A stretch of DNA of 55,791 nt, the filler included, from Dimargaris cristalligena (Eukaryota), in assembly GCA_003614675.1 (NCBI GenBank). It is 4 parts of 4 records of this genome, joined end to end, with 100 filler letters (N's around TTAATTAATTAA, not from the genome) between each part and the next. Parts side by side here need not be neighbours in the genome. Positions count along the whole stretch, not along the records: positions 14,014 to 27,921 come from ML002973.1; positions 28,022 to 41,861 come from ML002974.1; 2 more parts are not named here. One strand, 5' to 3'. Shown piece after piece: positions 25,780 to 38,741 of this stretch. The notes beneath the pieces are model-generated. The model was not told the origin of the DNA and did no database searches. It saw nothing but the letters and a program-made list of their open reading frames with translations. Both the position numbers and the translations under genes were made by a program. The stretch's first letter is position 1. Each line of letters opens with the position of its first letter.

Positions 25780-27789
25780 ATGGCCCAACGGGCGTCCAGA
25801 GGACGACCTAGCAATGGTCGGAAACTATACGATCCTACACAAGACGCGTTGGTTTCCGTGGAGGTTGAAGTGCAAGGAGATGTGCCAAAGTCGACGGCCA
25901 ATTCCCCCCAGCTGTACCGCCCACCGGTGCTAAATGCTAGTCAGGCCAAAGGTAACAACGGCCCACGGCCGGTCAAAGGAGGTCGGGGTCAGATTTCGGG
26001 AACCGCGACAAAGGGGGCGGTGGTAGCATCGCCCCAGCAAGGCCTGCGATTACACCGCCCGCCAGCCAAGGACACCACCACCCCGAGTGGTTCGAAGGGA
26101 ACCGCGCCGCGGACGGCAGGAAAAGACTTCTCGGAATCCCCCGGTCGGGGCCGATCCAGGTCGGGGGCTCCGACCCAAACCCCACCCATCGCGTCGTACA
26201 GTGCGCCGCCACAAGACCCGCGGCTTTACCGTCCCCCGGCCCATCACTCCAGCAGTTCTAAGCATGGAGAGCCTCGAAGCGCCCGACCGGACGGCCCCGA
26301 AGCGCCCAGCCGGGGACCTGCCAGGACCAGAGGTCGAAACCCAGCAATTGAGGCTACAACAAACGGCCCGTCGGTACCCAAATCAGCCAAGTCTCAGGGT
26401 ATCCTGTTCGTACCCAAGTTGGACTCCAGCACCAAGAGCTCCCCCCAAAAGAGTGGTCGATCAAAAAGGGCCGGGGGCCCATCGTCAACTTCAGGGGGGT
26501 TGAAAACCCCAGTTGCTTCTCGATCATCCCCGGCAACGGACTCTCTGTCCCCTGGCCTGACTGGCTCAACATCCCATTCGACCACCCCCCGTCGAGAGGG
26601 TCGAGCGGTGGCAGCCCAAACCCAAGCTGAATCGGTACCGCAGCCCCTGAATCCGCCGGGTCTCTTGGCCCGACCATGCCGAAATGCTCTATCCTTTTTG
26701 ACTCGCCAAATGAAAATTGACGAAGACTCAGTTGTCCCTTTTCTAAGTCCGGCCACTCAACACCAGGTCATTGGAACCCTGGGAGCCAAGGGTACCGGGA
26801 AATCCACCCTTCTTTCCCTGGTGGACTCCGGTTTCCCAACCCCCGCCCCCTCCAAAGACCGGGCCATCCAAGGGGCCGAATTGTTCATTACCCCCCGGCG
26901 GTATTTCTTGATTGATACCCTATCTCTGTTTGATTCCAGCAGCTGGGAACGCGCTTTTCGACGTCTAATCACGGCCACCGATATGGGACCCTCGCAGTGG
27001 TACCAACTGCAGTATTATCAGTTGTCCCATTTACTTCTGTCCACTTGCGACGTCTTGCTGGTGCCCCTGCAGGGGGAGAAACTGGTACGGCCCTCCGACA
27101 CCTCCGTGTCCACGGTACAACTCGGTCGGGACAATAAACGGGTGCTACGGTTTCTGGCTACTGCAATCACCCTCTATCAACGACATACCCTGGTGACATC
27201 GGGGCTTCCCGGGTTTGTCGACCGATTGGATAGACGTAACCGCTTACCCGAAATCTACCTGGTCGTTAACCGCTGTCCGGCCTGGGCTTATCTAAACTCG
27301 TTTAAACCAGTCCTAGAAAACACCCTGACCGACCTCATCCAAGCGCGCTCTGACTCGTCCAGCCTGGACGATCCCTCCTCCTCTCCCCCCACCACGTCCG
27401 ACCTACCTCTTCACATTCATTTCCTGCCCGACCAAAAATCGGTGATTTATTCACCAGCCACCTCCCAGCCGACCCCCAATTCCTCATTTGCCTGCTTCAA
27501 TCCCTTTGATCCCGCCCAACCGTACAATACCCACCAGCCGGGTCCGGTCACCTTTACCATGGCCACCGAGGACTTCTTGGGTCGGCTTCGCCAATCCCTC
27601 CGCCATCGTATCACTCACGATACGCGGGTACCGGCCTTTGTCTCTAACCCCCCCGGATCCCACCTTCCCCTCCACCGGGCCTCTGGAGAAGGCCCTAACC
27701 CGGAACTTTCCTGGCTCCGTCAGTGCGTCCGTTTATGGGAAAATATTCGCCGATCGGATGATATTCGGCAAACTGTCTTTCAACTGTAA
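25780..27789 (+). CDS. SMG9: SMG9-like nonsense-mediated decay factor (disordered N-terminus plus P-loop G-fold), intronless
   Basis: VIGTLGAKGTGKSTLLSL, ELFITPRRYFLIDT, LLSTCDVLLV and C-terminal ELSWLRQCVRLWENIRRS all resemble metazoan SMG9 motifs. Confidence 0.8.
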   Translation: MAQRASRGRPSNGRKLYDPTQDALVSVEVEVQGDVPKSTANSPQLYRPPVLNASQAKGNNGPRPVKGGRGQISGTATKGAVVASPQQGLRLHRPPAKDTTTPSGSKGTAPRTAGKDFSESPGRGRSRSGAPTQTPPIASYSAPPQDPRLYRPPAHHSSSSKHGEPRSARPDGPEAPSRGPARTRGRNPAIEATTNGPSVPKSAKSQGILFVPKLDSSTKSSPQKSGRSKRAGGPSSTSGGLKTPVASRSSPATDSLSPGLTGSTSHSTTPRREGRAVAAQTQAESVPQPLNPPGLLARPCRNALSFLTRQMKIDEDSVVPFLSPATQHQVIGTLGAKGTGKSTLLSLVDSGFPTPAPSKDRAIQGAELFITPRRYFLIDTLSLFDSSSWERAFRRLITATDMGPSQWYQLQYYQLSHLLLSTCDVLLVPLQGEKLVRPSDTSVSTVQLGRDNKRVLRFLATAITLYQRHTLVTSGLPGFVDRLDRRNRLPEIYLVVNRCPAWAYLNSFKPVLENTLTDLIQARSDSSSLDDPSSSPPTTSDLPLHIHFLPDQKSVIYSPATSQPTPNSSFACFNPFDPAQPYNTHQPGPVTFTMATEDFLGRLRQSLRHRITHDTRVPAFVSNPPGSHLPLHRASGEGPNPELSWLRQCVRLWENIRRSDDIRQTVFQL

Positions 27790-27921
27790 GATGCCATCTA
27801 GTATTATAATGCCTATAATGGATGTGTCTATATGGGAGAAGTTCAATCAAGCTATATAACGATTTGGATGAAAGTTCCAATTGATGTAGCGGGACTATTT
27901 TTTTATCGAGACGGGAAATAG

Positions 27922-28021
27922 NNNNNNNNNNNNNNNNNNNNNNNNNNNNNNNNNNNNNNNNNNNNTTAATTAATTAANNNNNNNNNNNNNNNNNNNNNNN
28001 NNNNNNNNNNNNNNNNNNNNN
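27922..28021. other. Artificial contig spacer
   Basis: N44-TTAATTAATTAA-N44. Confidence 0.98.
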
Positions 28022-28121
28022 TAAAGAAATTGATAAAAATAAGCTTCCCTCAATCCTGCACTATGCAGCAGTACAAATACAGGGGTACAGTCCAGTCAGG
28101 GGCAGGGGCTCATTCACTTGC

Positions 28122-28196
28122 CAGGGGCATACTTCCGATAAGTGCAAAAAATAGATAAAAAATAAAAGTAGGTAAAAATGTGGTAAGTTTACCACA
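28122..28196. repeat. End of an unclassified repeat ending in the palindrome TGTGGTAA-GT-TTACCACA; second copy at 41963-42038
   Basis: About 75 bp of near-identity between the starts of contigs 3 and 4 (CAGGGGCATACTTCCGATAAGTGC...GTGGTAAGTT(T/C)ACCACA). Confidence 0.75.
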
Positions 28197-28613
28197 AGGT
28201 GAGAGCTAGTACAAGGGTTGTGCAGCAGGCACACTTACTGGCTAATACAATGGGTAAGCATATAGGGAGTTTATTAGTTAAACTGAGGGGTAAGAAATAA
28301 GCTGAAGAACTAAACCAGTCCCAGAGGGGCCTGTTTATTTATATGTGGGGACCGCTCATCCAAGGGGTCCCTAAGAGCAATGGGATGACTAAAGAAGAGG
28401 CAAGGGTTGGGGTCTTAACTGGGGGCTTGTATCCAAAAGACTCCACTAGGAGGGGATGGACATTAGATCAGCCAGCAGAGTATTGTGTAAGAAGCATTGG
28501 GGCCCAGCCATAGTGGGTTATATAGTAAGGGAAGGGTAATATGGTACAATAAGGCAAGATAGGACAGGACAATCAGTTATTCCCTTATTTAGGGAGGATT
28601 AGGCAGGCTGACA
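28197..28613 (-). mobile_element. Truncated copy of the LTR family seen at 42853-43407
   Basis: Aligns by eye with about 42980-43407 and ends in the same TGACA terminus. It abuts the mariner relic. Confidence 0.8.
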
Positions 28614-29827
28614 AAGGTCCTATAGGAAAATTTGAAAACTCTAGTATTTTTAGTTTTTTTACTATAATTTTTCTCCTAAGTCAACTTTTCATCCCTCATT
28701 TAGTATTCAAAATTCAAAATTCCATTAAATATTAGGCTATATTATAAGCTCTGAAAAAGTGATAATAAGACCTTAGAGATAATCTAAAATATTTATGGGG
28801 ATAGTGCTGTAACTCCTAAAACTGGTTTCTGTTAGTTTGTGAGCTTTAAAGAAGGTCAGGAATAGATTAAGGATAACCCCCACTTAGGATGCCCAGAGGA
28901 AGGGTGCAGTAAGTATCATATCCAAATGGTTGCTAATATCCTGAAAACTGACCAGTAGATAACCACCCCATTACTTTAGGGAATGCCTAAAATACCTAGG
29001 TCCATTATTAACAGGGTTCTGATTAAGGATTTGCATCTGAAAAAGATCTTCACTTAGTTTATCCCCCACAAACTAACTAGTAACCAAATGATTCCCAGAG
29101 TGGACTATAGCTTGGACATGCAGAAAATGGGTAATAGTGACTAAAACTTTACCAGAAGTATTGTTATTGGTAATGAGACTTGGTACTTCTAATTAGAGCT
29201 ATCAGAAAAATGTGAAAACTTTGAGTGAGTAGGTACTGGAGATCCAAGACTGAAGAAATCACACCTTCAGCTGAGCCAAATCAAGGCTTTACTCACTGTT
29301 TTCTTTGACTCCAAGGGGATTATCCATTAGGGATTTACTCCCTAAGGCTAAACAGTCACTAGTTAGTACTACCTGGGAGTCTCAATATGCCTACTAGTAA
29401 GGATCAACTGTATATAGCCAAAGTACAAGAAGTAAGGATCCTGGAGTCTCCTCCATGATAATGAACCTATACATAAGTGTAAAATTATCTGTACATATTT
29501 GGCTAAAAGAGGTGTAGTAGTACTTGAATACCCACTACATTTACCAGATCTAGCCCCAGCTGACTTCTGGCTATTCCCAAAACTTAGGCTGGCTATAAAA
29601 GGGGAGCATTACAGCTCCTTACAGGACATTCAAGATACTGTGACTAACAGCCTAAAGGGCATCCCAAAGAATGAGTTTACAAGCTACTTATACTCATTAT
29701 TTAGGTAATTCTAGTAGTATATTAGTGAAAAAGGATATTATTTAGAACAAATAATAACATAAGTAAAAATCTTGAACTGTTTTCATTTTAGAGCACCAGT
29801 AATAAAAATTTTGGGTCAGGCCGTGTA
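28614..29827 (+). mobile_element. Degenerate mariner (DD34D) transposon; transposase pseudogene about 28700-29750; probable right TIR ending ...GGTCAGGCCGTG plus TA
   Basis: Translation through stops gives YGDSAVTPK...FKEGQE*IKDNPHLGCP, FIPHKLT, IVIGNETW, LTVFFDSKGIIH, WSLLHDNEP and HLPDLAPADFWLFPKL. There are 34 residues between the 2nd and 3rd catalytic D. The left end is replaced by the LTR copy. Confidence 0.92.
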
Positions 29828-30128
29828 CCTGTCATTGGCGTAGCCCATACAAAATCCGGGTGTGGGAGAGATATATCCCCTATATAGCCAATTATTAGGT
29901 TATTCTACAGCACAACCAATGCCCGAGTCAGTATTGTAGGAAACAGTGAAGTGCCTCTTTACATGGATGGCCAAGGTGCTTCTAACTGGAATTTAAACTG
30001 AATTGGGAAACCTATTGTTTTCAATGTGCTCTCTTCTTATTGTGTTGAATCCTATTTTCCAGGGTTTATTGTGCTCTTGATTGCCTTTGTGGGGCATTCT
30101 TCTTTTCATTTGTTTTTATTTACTCGCC

Positions 30129-32573
30129 ATGGGCTCCCAATTTCGGCACAAGCGGAAACACCAGGCCCATCGGCACGGGCGTGATTATGACGACAATGAC
30201 GGTGATTCCGACGATGACCTTATTTCAATTGGAACTGGTTTCGATGAAGCCCCCTCGGGGTCGGGTCCCCAGCGAGGCTCGCGGAGAAACCGGGTGGGTC
30301 AATCGGACCCCTCCCTTCCCGTCGAAGACTATAAACCCCTTTGGCAGCAAGAGGCCCGGAATGAGAGTGGTGAACAGCGTTTCCACGGCGCCTTCACGGG
30401 TGGCTTTAGTGCTGGGTACTTTAATACCGCTGGCTCCAAAGAGGGCTGGGCCCCCAGTCAGTTCCATTCCTCCCGGGCCCTTAAAAAAAAGGTCCAAGCG
30501 GAACAGGCGTCCATTATTAGTCCCGCTGACTCTCGCAAACCGACTACCGATGGCAAACTGCCGACCCCTATTCCCGGCCAACGCGTCGAAGACATCATGG
30601 ACAAGGAAGACTTGGCGGATTTACACAGCAAGCAGAGCTCATTACCCAAAATTCGATCCCAGTTTGGCGCCCGAAAGGCCAACAAGAGAAAATCCAAAGT
30701 CAGTCAAGCCGGGAAAGGCCAACTCAGTTTTGATGTGGATGATGACTACGAAAATGACGGGGTGGACGCCGGCTATTTCGGGGACGAACTGGAAATCGTT
30801 GTACCACGCAGTCGGGGTGACGGTTCCCTGGATCGGGGTATTAAAAATACTATTCCCACCGCTCTGTCTGGTGGGGCCGCCGACGCTCGGACGCAGGCGA
30901 AATCCGGATTTCGATTCACCCGGGATATGAGAGGCCCTGGATCAGCAATAGTTGATACAAAAGGTCTGGTTGATGCCATGGTGGGGCGGATTGCCTCGGA
31001 GTTAGACTCAGGTACCGATGAGCCATCCGCACCCCTTCCCATCGGTGTCCAGTTGCTGGCCAAAATTGGCTGGAATCGCCAAATTTCGAAACCACAGGCC
31101 CAGTCGGTAATGCTGAGTCACTCCCAACCTAACTTGAGTAATAGTGAAGCCAATCTACCTAATGCAAGGCCAGGACACTGCAGAGACACCGGCGCAATTG
31201 CGAGTACGTCGGGTCCTCAGTTAGCATCTAGTGTAAGCACGAATCAGGAACCGACCAATTCAGTACCTATCGCGATAACCGCTCCGCCCATCCAACGAGG
31301 CACGTTTCGTACGGTCATTGTAGATAGTGACGATGAAGATGGCGAGTCGCGCCATCAGCAGGTGCCGCCGACCCAACCAGTTTCTACTCGTCCATCGGTA
31401 ACACTATCCCAGCCCGTGGCGCCTACTTCTACACCTGATCGGCTTACTATTGTTTCATCTAATACGGTAGAAATTCCTTTGGGCTATGCCATTACGCACC
31501 AGCGGAAATACGGGCGGTGTCATGATGGGCTACCACCGCTTCAGGGATTTACTTTGATAGACGAGCGACCTTCGCACGGTCATCGCCCGGATACCATTCA
31601 GCGTACATCTATTCCTAGTGACTTTATCCCAGGCCGTTACCTTGAAAGAATTCTTACACTTCGCCTCCCAAAAGACGCACCATCCAAAACGACGCGTCGT
31701 GGTAAGCAGTCGTCCCAACCACAGAGATCTCACTCACCGTCGAAGCGAGCTGATGACAATTGCCAAATCAGTGATTCTACATCTGTATTAACCTATTTAT
31801 CCAGTAAGGCCCAGCAGCGATTAACCCACTATGCTGACCTGGCGGCCCAACGGCTTGCGAGCCCTGTACGTTCCAACAAAGCTACTCTCCCTCCCTGTCA
31901 TTCCACCACTCAACGCCTTATTCAGAAGGCACGTATCGAATCGGCCGCGCGCAAGAGGTCCGATTCGACCGGTCCCACCTCGGCTTCCCCTGACACACCC
32001 CAAGGTCACCTGTCCGGCTTTGTCCGGGTTCAACAAGATAAGAGCATGGTCCGGCAACCGGGATTATACCAACCGCCAACCAAATGGCCGGCTGGATTGT
32101 CCGAATCCCGGGGCTTATCGTCGACCAACCCCTCGCTTACCTCGGAAACGTCAGCAACCAAGCAGGTACCGCTGCCCCCTAAGCTTTTGATTACCCAAAC
32201 TCGGGGCGATCCTTGGTTTAAAGCAGCCATTGATGCGGCTGCAATGAAATTCTATGGTCCACTAACTCGCCGTGTTACCGCATTTTACCCCCACCCTCTA
32301 CTTAGCCGCCGACTCAATCTTCCGCCATTGACTACTTCGACGGATTCGAGCAAATCCCGGCCTCCCACCCAATCGTCAACATGGCGAAATAAATGGGACT
32401 GGCCCGGGGAACAACCGGCCCACCCTAAGGTAGAGCAACCATCCGCTTCCCGAGATAAATCGGAACAGCCCCCGAACGACTCGGCGGACGATGGTCTGAT
32501 ATTACCCTCTGAAGTGTCTTTGGAACCCAAGCCGCCTATGAGTTTATTCAAGTCCATTTTCGAAGACGTCTGA
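30129..32573 (+). CDS. GPATCH1: GPATCH1/DUF1604 family spliceosome-associated protein, intronless
   Basis: [61 protein letters not shown] and C-terminal [12 protein letters not shown]. Confidence 0.9.
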   Translation: MGSQFRHKRKHQAHRHGRDYDDNDGDSDDDLISIGTGFDEAPSGSGPQRGSRRNRVGQSDPSLPVEDYKPLWQQEARNESGEQRFHGAFTGGFSAGYFNTAGSKEGWAPSQFHSSRALKKKVQAEQASIISPADSRKPTTDGKLPTPIPGQRVEDIMDKEDLADLHSKQSSLPKIRSQFGARKANKRKSKVSQAGKGQLSFDVDDDYENDGVDAGYFGDELEIVVPRSRGDGSLDRGIKNTIPTALSGGAADARTQAKSGFRFTRDMRGPGSAIVDTKGLVDAMVGRIASELDSGTDEPSAPLPIGVQLLAKIGWNRQISKPQAQSVMLSHSQPNLSNSEANLPNARPGHCRDTGAIASTSGPQLASSVSTNQEPTNSVPIAITAPPIQRGTFRTVIVDSDDEDGESRHQQVPPTQPVSTRPSVTLSQPVAPTSTPDRLTIVSSNTVEIPLGYAITHQRKYGRCHDGLPPLQGFTLIDERPSHGHRPDTIQRTSIPSDFIPGRYLERILTLRLPKDAPSKTTRRGKQSSQPQRSHSPSKRADDNCQISDSTSVLTYLSSKAQQRLTHYADLAAQRLASPVRSNKATLPPCHSTTQRLIQKARIESAARKRSDSTGPTSASPDTPQGHLSGFVRVQQDKSMVRQPGLYQPPTKWPAGLSESRGLSSTNPSLTSETSATKQVPLPPKLLITQTRGDPWFKAAIDAAAMKFYGPLTRRVTAFYPHPLLSRRLNLPPLTTSTDSSKSRPPTQSSTWRNKWDWPGEQPAHPKVEQPSASRDKSEQPPNDSADDGLILPSEVSLEPKPPMSLFKSIFEDV

Positions 32574-32812
32574 TTACCCATGGGTTTTGAATCAACCTTG
32601 TACCTCGGCTTAAAGGATTTGGGGCCATTGTTTATTTTTTTTTAAAAAAAAAATACCCTCTCCTGAGCTTCAAAGTCAACCAACTAATTTATTATTGAAA
32701 TGTACATAAACAGAATCCTGAAGGTTTTTATGGGCTGGCGCGGTATAACTAATCATAGACGGTATTGTAAATAGTAGTGAACGATTTGAAACGGTACTGG
32801 GTGAATATTGCA

Positions 32813-34613
32813 TCAAATGTCCTGTAGAGTTTGCCATATGTTGAGCAAGGGTTTAACCGGCGGCTGGGGGGACGTGTGTGCCGACTTGGGTGATTGACTG
32901 GCCTTCACGGACTGCAGGTTTTTAAAATAGGTATATAAATGTATTCATATAATAGGCATGGTTAGGATTAGCCAAATACGTTAAAAACGCGGAGTGGGGA
33001 ATACAGGGACACGTGTGCAAAAATAAATATATTCCTAGTACGACTGTCCTGACTTTGCTGTGTATACACTGGTAGATACCCAACCCCCCATTCGTTGTTC
33101 AGGGGGAGAGGGGGCTGGTGGCGTAGAAGGACTATAATGTATCTGCCTACGATTGAGTTAGGGTCATGTATCTAAAAGATGCTACTTACCATTTCGGTGT
33201 CAAGGATCGCTTGAATATCCCGGAGTTGATTTTGAATCGTTGTTGATTGCCCAGTTAAATCATTCTGAATTTTTGTACATTCGCTGTTTATCGTAGATTC
33301 GACGAGGTGGGAGTCAATTGGAATTAATGGGTATAGGGGACTTACTAAATAAGCGAAGAATGCGGCATCATTTGATTCGGTCGGTAAAAATATACTAGTA
33401 GCTGTTAAGAGGGGGTGGTTGAAATATCAGCTTACCTGGTCAACTCATCAGCAAAATGTCTACGGCGATTGGCCTGGTCAGTCATCACAAGCTTAAGTGT
33501 TTCTCGAGCCTAGGTAAGAGCCATATAATGTAGAGACCGCACGGTAGATGATAGCGGGAATTAATCTTAGAGTTTAGAGAACTGTAGTAAACCGCTGTAT
33601 ACTGTTGGGGATGGTCAAATATAGGGGAGGCTAGTATGATTGAAGGTTACATACCTGATAGGGGCGGTATTCGTTGATCAGGTGGTGCATATTGATAAGA
33701 AGCAAGCGAATGTCGTCAATTTCGGAATCGGCCTGTGATATAGTCAGATGAAAATCAAGGCATGATTAAGGTAAAGCAGTCAGTAGTCAAGGTGGAGGAA
33801 GGAGTGATTAGACCAGGTATGCTATACGTGTGAGTGTGTCCAAATAACAGTAGTGAAGGTTACAGAGTCAATAGCAAGTAGACATTCGGCCATACGGACA
33901 AATAGACATCGTAGTGTATCCGGGCACAGTGTAATACTTTACCTCGGCTGGAATGGTTGATAGAGTATCAATGAGATCGAGGTACTTAAATATAAGGGAG
34001 TTATTGAGTTTCCGGAGTTCTTTTACACGGTCTGTAGGGGGCCAGAATCGTTAGAAAATACGTTAAAGGTTAGAAAATACGTTAAAGGTTAGAAAATACC
34101 GCGGACTATAACTCAACCAGTAGAACCGGAGAGTTGGGGATGTCGCTGAATGCGGAGATACGAATTAAATGTACAAGTCAACTATCACTTACTGAAGTTA
34201 TCTGTGGGGTATAGTTGTTCTACGTCCTGTTCGGCCAAAGATGGTAAAGCATCGTTGGTCTAGTTTCCGGGTAGGGAAGCAATGCATTTATAGTGTACAC
34301 AAATATGACTTAATACAATAGCTTGGGTAAGAGGTGGCATGCCCGGCTGCTGGGATTGGGCCAAATACGTGGGGTTAATATATTAGAGTAAGTGACCTAC
34401 CAGCCACCGTTTGCCAAACATATAATAATCGTTTTCCGACGGAATGGTGGGGGGTTCGAGGAATTGAAGGTCTGCGGGAACGGGTACGTCGGGGTTATTG
34501 CTCTTTAGTTCCTTGAATCGCTTTAAGTTGGCGGAGGTAAACTGTTTAAAATATTCCGGCGGCGGCGGAAATGCCGTGTCCATTTGCTGGTGACCCGCGT
34601 TGGTATCGGCCAT
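32813..34613 (-). CDS. MED7: Mediator subunit MED7, about 8 exons (penultimate exon boundary uncertain)
   Basis: AFPPPPEYFKQF, LPSLAEQDVEQLY, RVKELRKLNNSL and LINMHHLINEYRPYQ|ARETL, reconstructed across GT-AG introns. Confidence 0.92.
34050..34099. repeat. 19-bp tandem repeat (GTTAGAAAATACGTTAAAG x about 2.6) in a MED7 intron
   Basis: Directly visible in the sequence. Confidence 0.9.
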
Positions 34614-34775
34614 GGTAGAATTTGTCGAACTTGAAAAAACGAGTAGGAGGACGATAGAACGAAGAAATAGAGTGGAATCGGGGTATACCGAATTAGCGGG
34701 AAGGACTAAAGAAACTCTTAAATAGTAGGAATTAGGAAATGTCCACAGTGTCTAAGCCGGAAGAAGCAATGGTGA

Positions 34776-36925
<2,150 letters not shown>

Positions 36926-37425
36926 AGGCGAATACTGAGATTATTCTTGATTGGCCATTGAACTATTTTCCCTCCCAGAGAACCTGCTGTTACGCTACTA
37001 AACGGGGACCTCCTCACTGATCAGCTACATTTTCCTCCGCAATTTTCCACCTCTTTTCTCTTCCGACCCATCCCTACTGCTGCCTCATTTACTGTTGTAT
37101 TTTTCCCTACCATCCGGGCACTTTGCCATAATCCCAACGTGGCAGACCCCGGGTACTCAACTAACCACCTCTGATCGGTGTAGTTGTGATTATTCTTTTA
37201 AATCCGCAATATTTTATAAACGTTCACTGGTATTCCGTAGCACCCGGCTTTGGCCCTATCTAGCAACCAGTTTAATAAGATGAATTGAGCTATGGCTAGC
37301 AGAGGTTGGTACCATCCGGTCGATGGTTATACCTTCAGATGGTTGACCCAAACAAAAAATAGAAGGGTTACGTATAGGAATAATGGGAATTGATCATGGT
37401 GGCATTTGAGAATAAGTGGGTACCC

Positions 37426-38741
37426 CTATACGCGGAATTGCAATGGTGGCTCAAATTCCGGGATCAGGCCCAGGACAAATTCAGGCGCCGAAAAGGCTTT
37501 GATCTCCTCGGGCGTATAGTCGTGGGGCGGGGCCCTACTTCGGGTCATGGGTTGGTCGGAATTGGTATTAACTGCGGCTGGGGCCGGATTAGCGTATGCT
37601 GCAAAACCCCCGTTCGACACGGGGTTAGGTTGCCCACAGACGTTTGCCGGAGGGGCCGTTTGAAACGTACCACAGGGGACAGGTGGGCCGAATCCAGGAC
37701 CAGGCGGTAGGGCAAAATTCCCGGTGAATGCGTTATTAACGGGAGGGGGGGCGGGATTGCCAAAAGCACCAAAGGCCGACGACGCCCCTAGGGCATTGTT
37801 GGGCGGTCCACTATTATTAACAAACCCGGGTCCGGTGGAAGTTGACGGACCAAAGGGGGCAGGGGGTTGGCCAAAAGGGGTGGGGGGTTGGCCAAACGCC
37901 GAGCCCATACTCGTACCGCCCGGTTGGAGTCTTTTGAACTCGGCCGTGGCGGTTTCCAAGGCCTTCGGGATATCATTACGAATTTTCTGGACGTCATTAT
38001 TTACGGCGTTTTTCAGTTTACGCATTTGGGATTCATAGGCGGAAGTGTTACGCGAATTCCGCAAGGCGGTGTAATACATGACGCGGGCCTCATCCATACT
38101 GAAATCCCTATTCTTGATCAGGTTGGGGTAGCCTTTGTCGGGCCCGTAGCAAGTAAGTGGCCACATCTTAGTATAGGTAGTCATATCCGCCCGAATACTT
38201 TCGCAGGTCATACCAGTGGTCGTCGTAGTTGGATTGGGATCATTGGATGGGCCGGTGGAGTTATTGCGATTGCTATTGCTATTGTTATTGTTACTGGAAT
38301 TCCAAGTGTTGTTACTACTGTCAAGGATTGCGTATTGGTTACTGCCGCCACCGATGGGGCGCCTGCTAGAACCGACGATAGTGGTGGCATTAGCTTTTAA
38401 AATGGAGGAAGGAATTGTTGGGTAAACGACAACACCTGGTTAATGACAAAATGTGGCGGCTGGGCTATGTGCCTTTAATCAATCGTACCGGCATATTAGA
38501 TGGAAGCAACCTTCCATAGTATACCAGCTATGGGTGTTACCAACTAGGTTAGCGGTGTTTTTTTTTAAAGGGGAGGAAGGCTGGCTTCAGTATATCAGCT
38601 AGCCAGGTGTTAACCTGACATTTGAGGGTGAAAGGTATACTTACATTGTCCGGATTTGTCGCCGGGCTCCAGCGTGTGTTTAAATTTACACTTAGCGCCA
38701 AAAGTACAATTGCCTTTTTGGAAGAACCGGCATATGGTCAT
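37426..38741 (-). CDS. NUP42: CCCH zinc finger FG nucleoporin Nup42/NUPL2/Amo1; exons 38741-38645, 38393-37426
   Basis: MTICRFFQKGNCTFGAKCKFKH, WPLTCYGP, FG repeats (AFGQPP, PFGQPP) and the C-terminal Gle1-binding-like AFSAPEFVLGLIPEFEPP. Confidence 0.88.
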
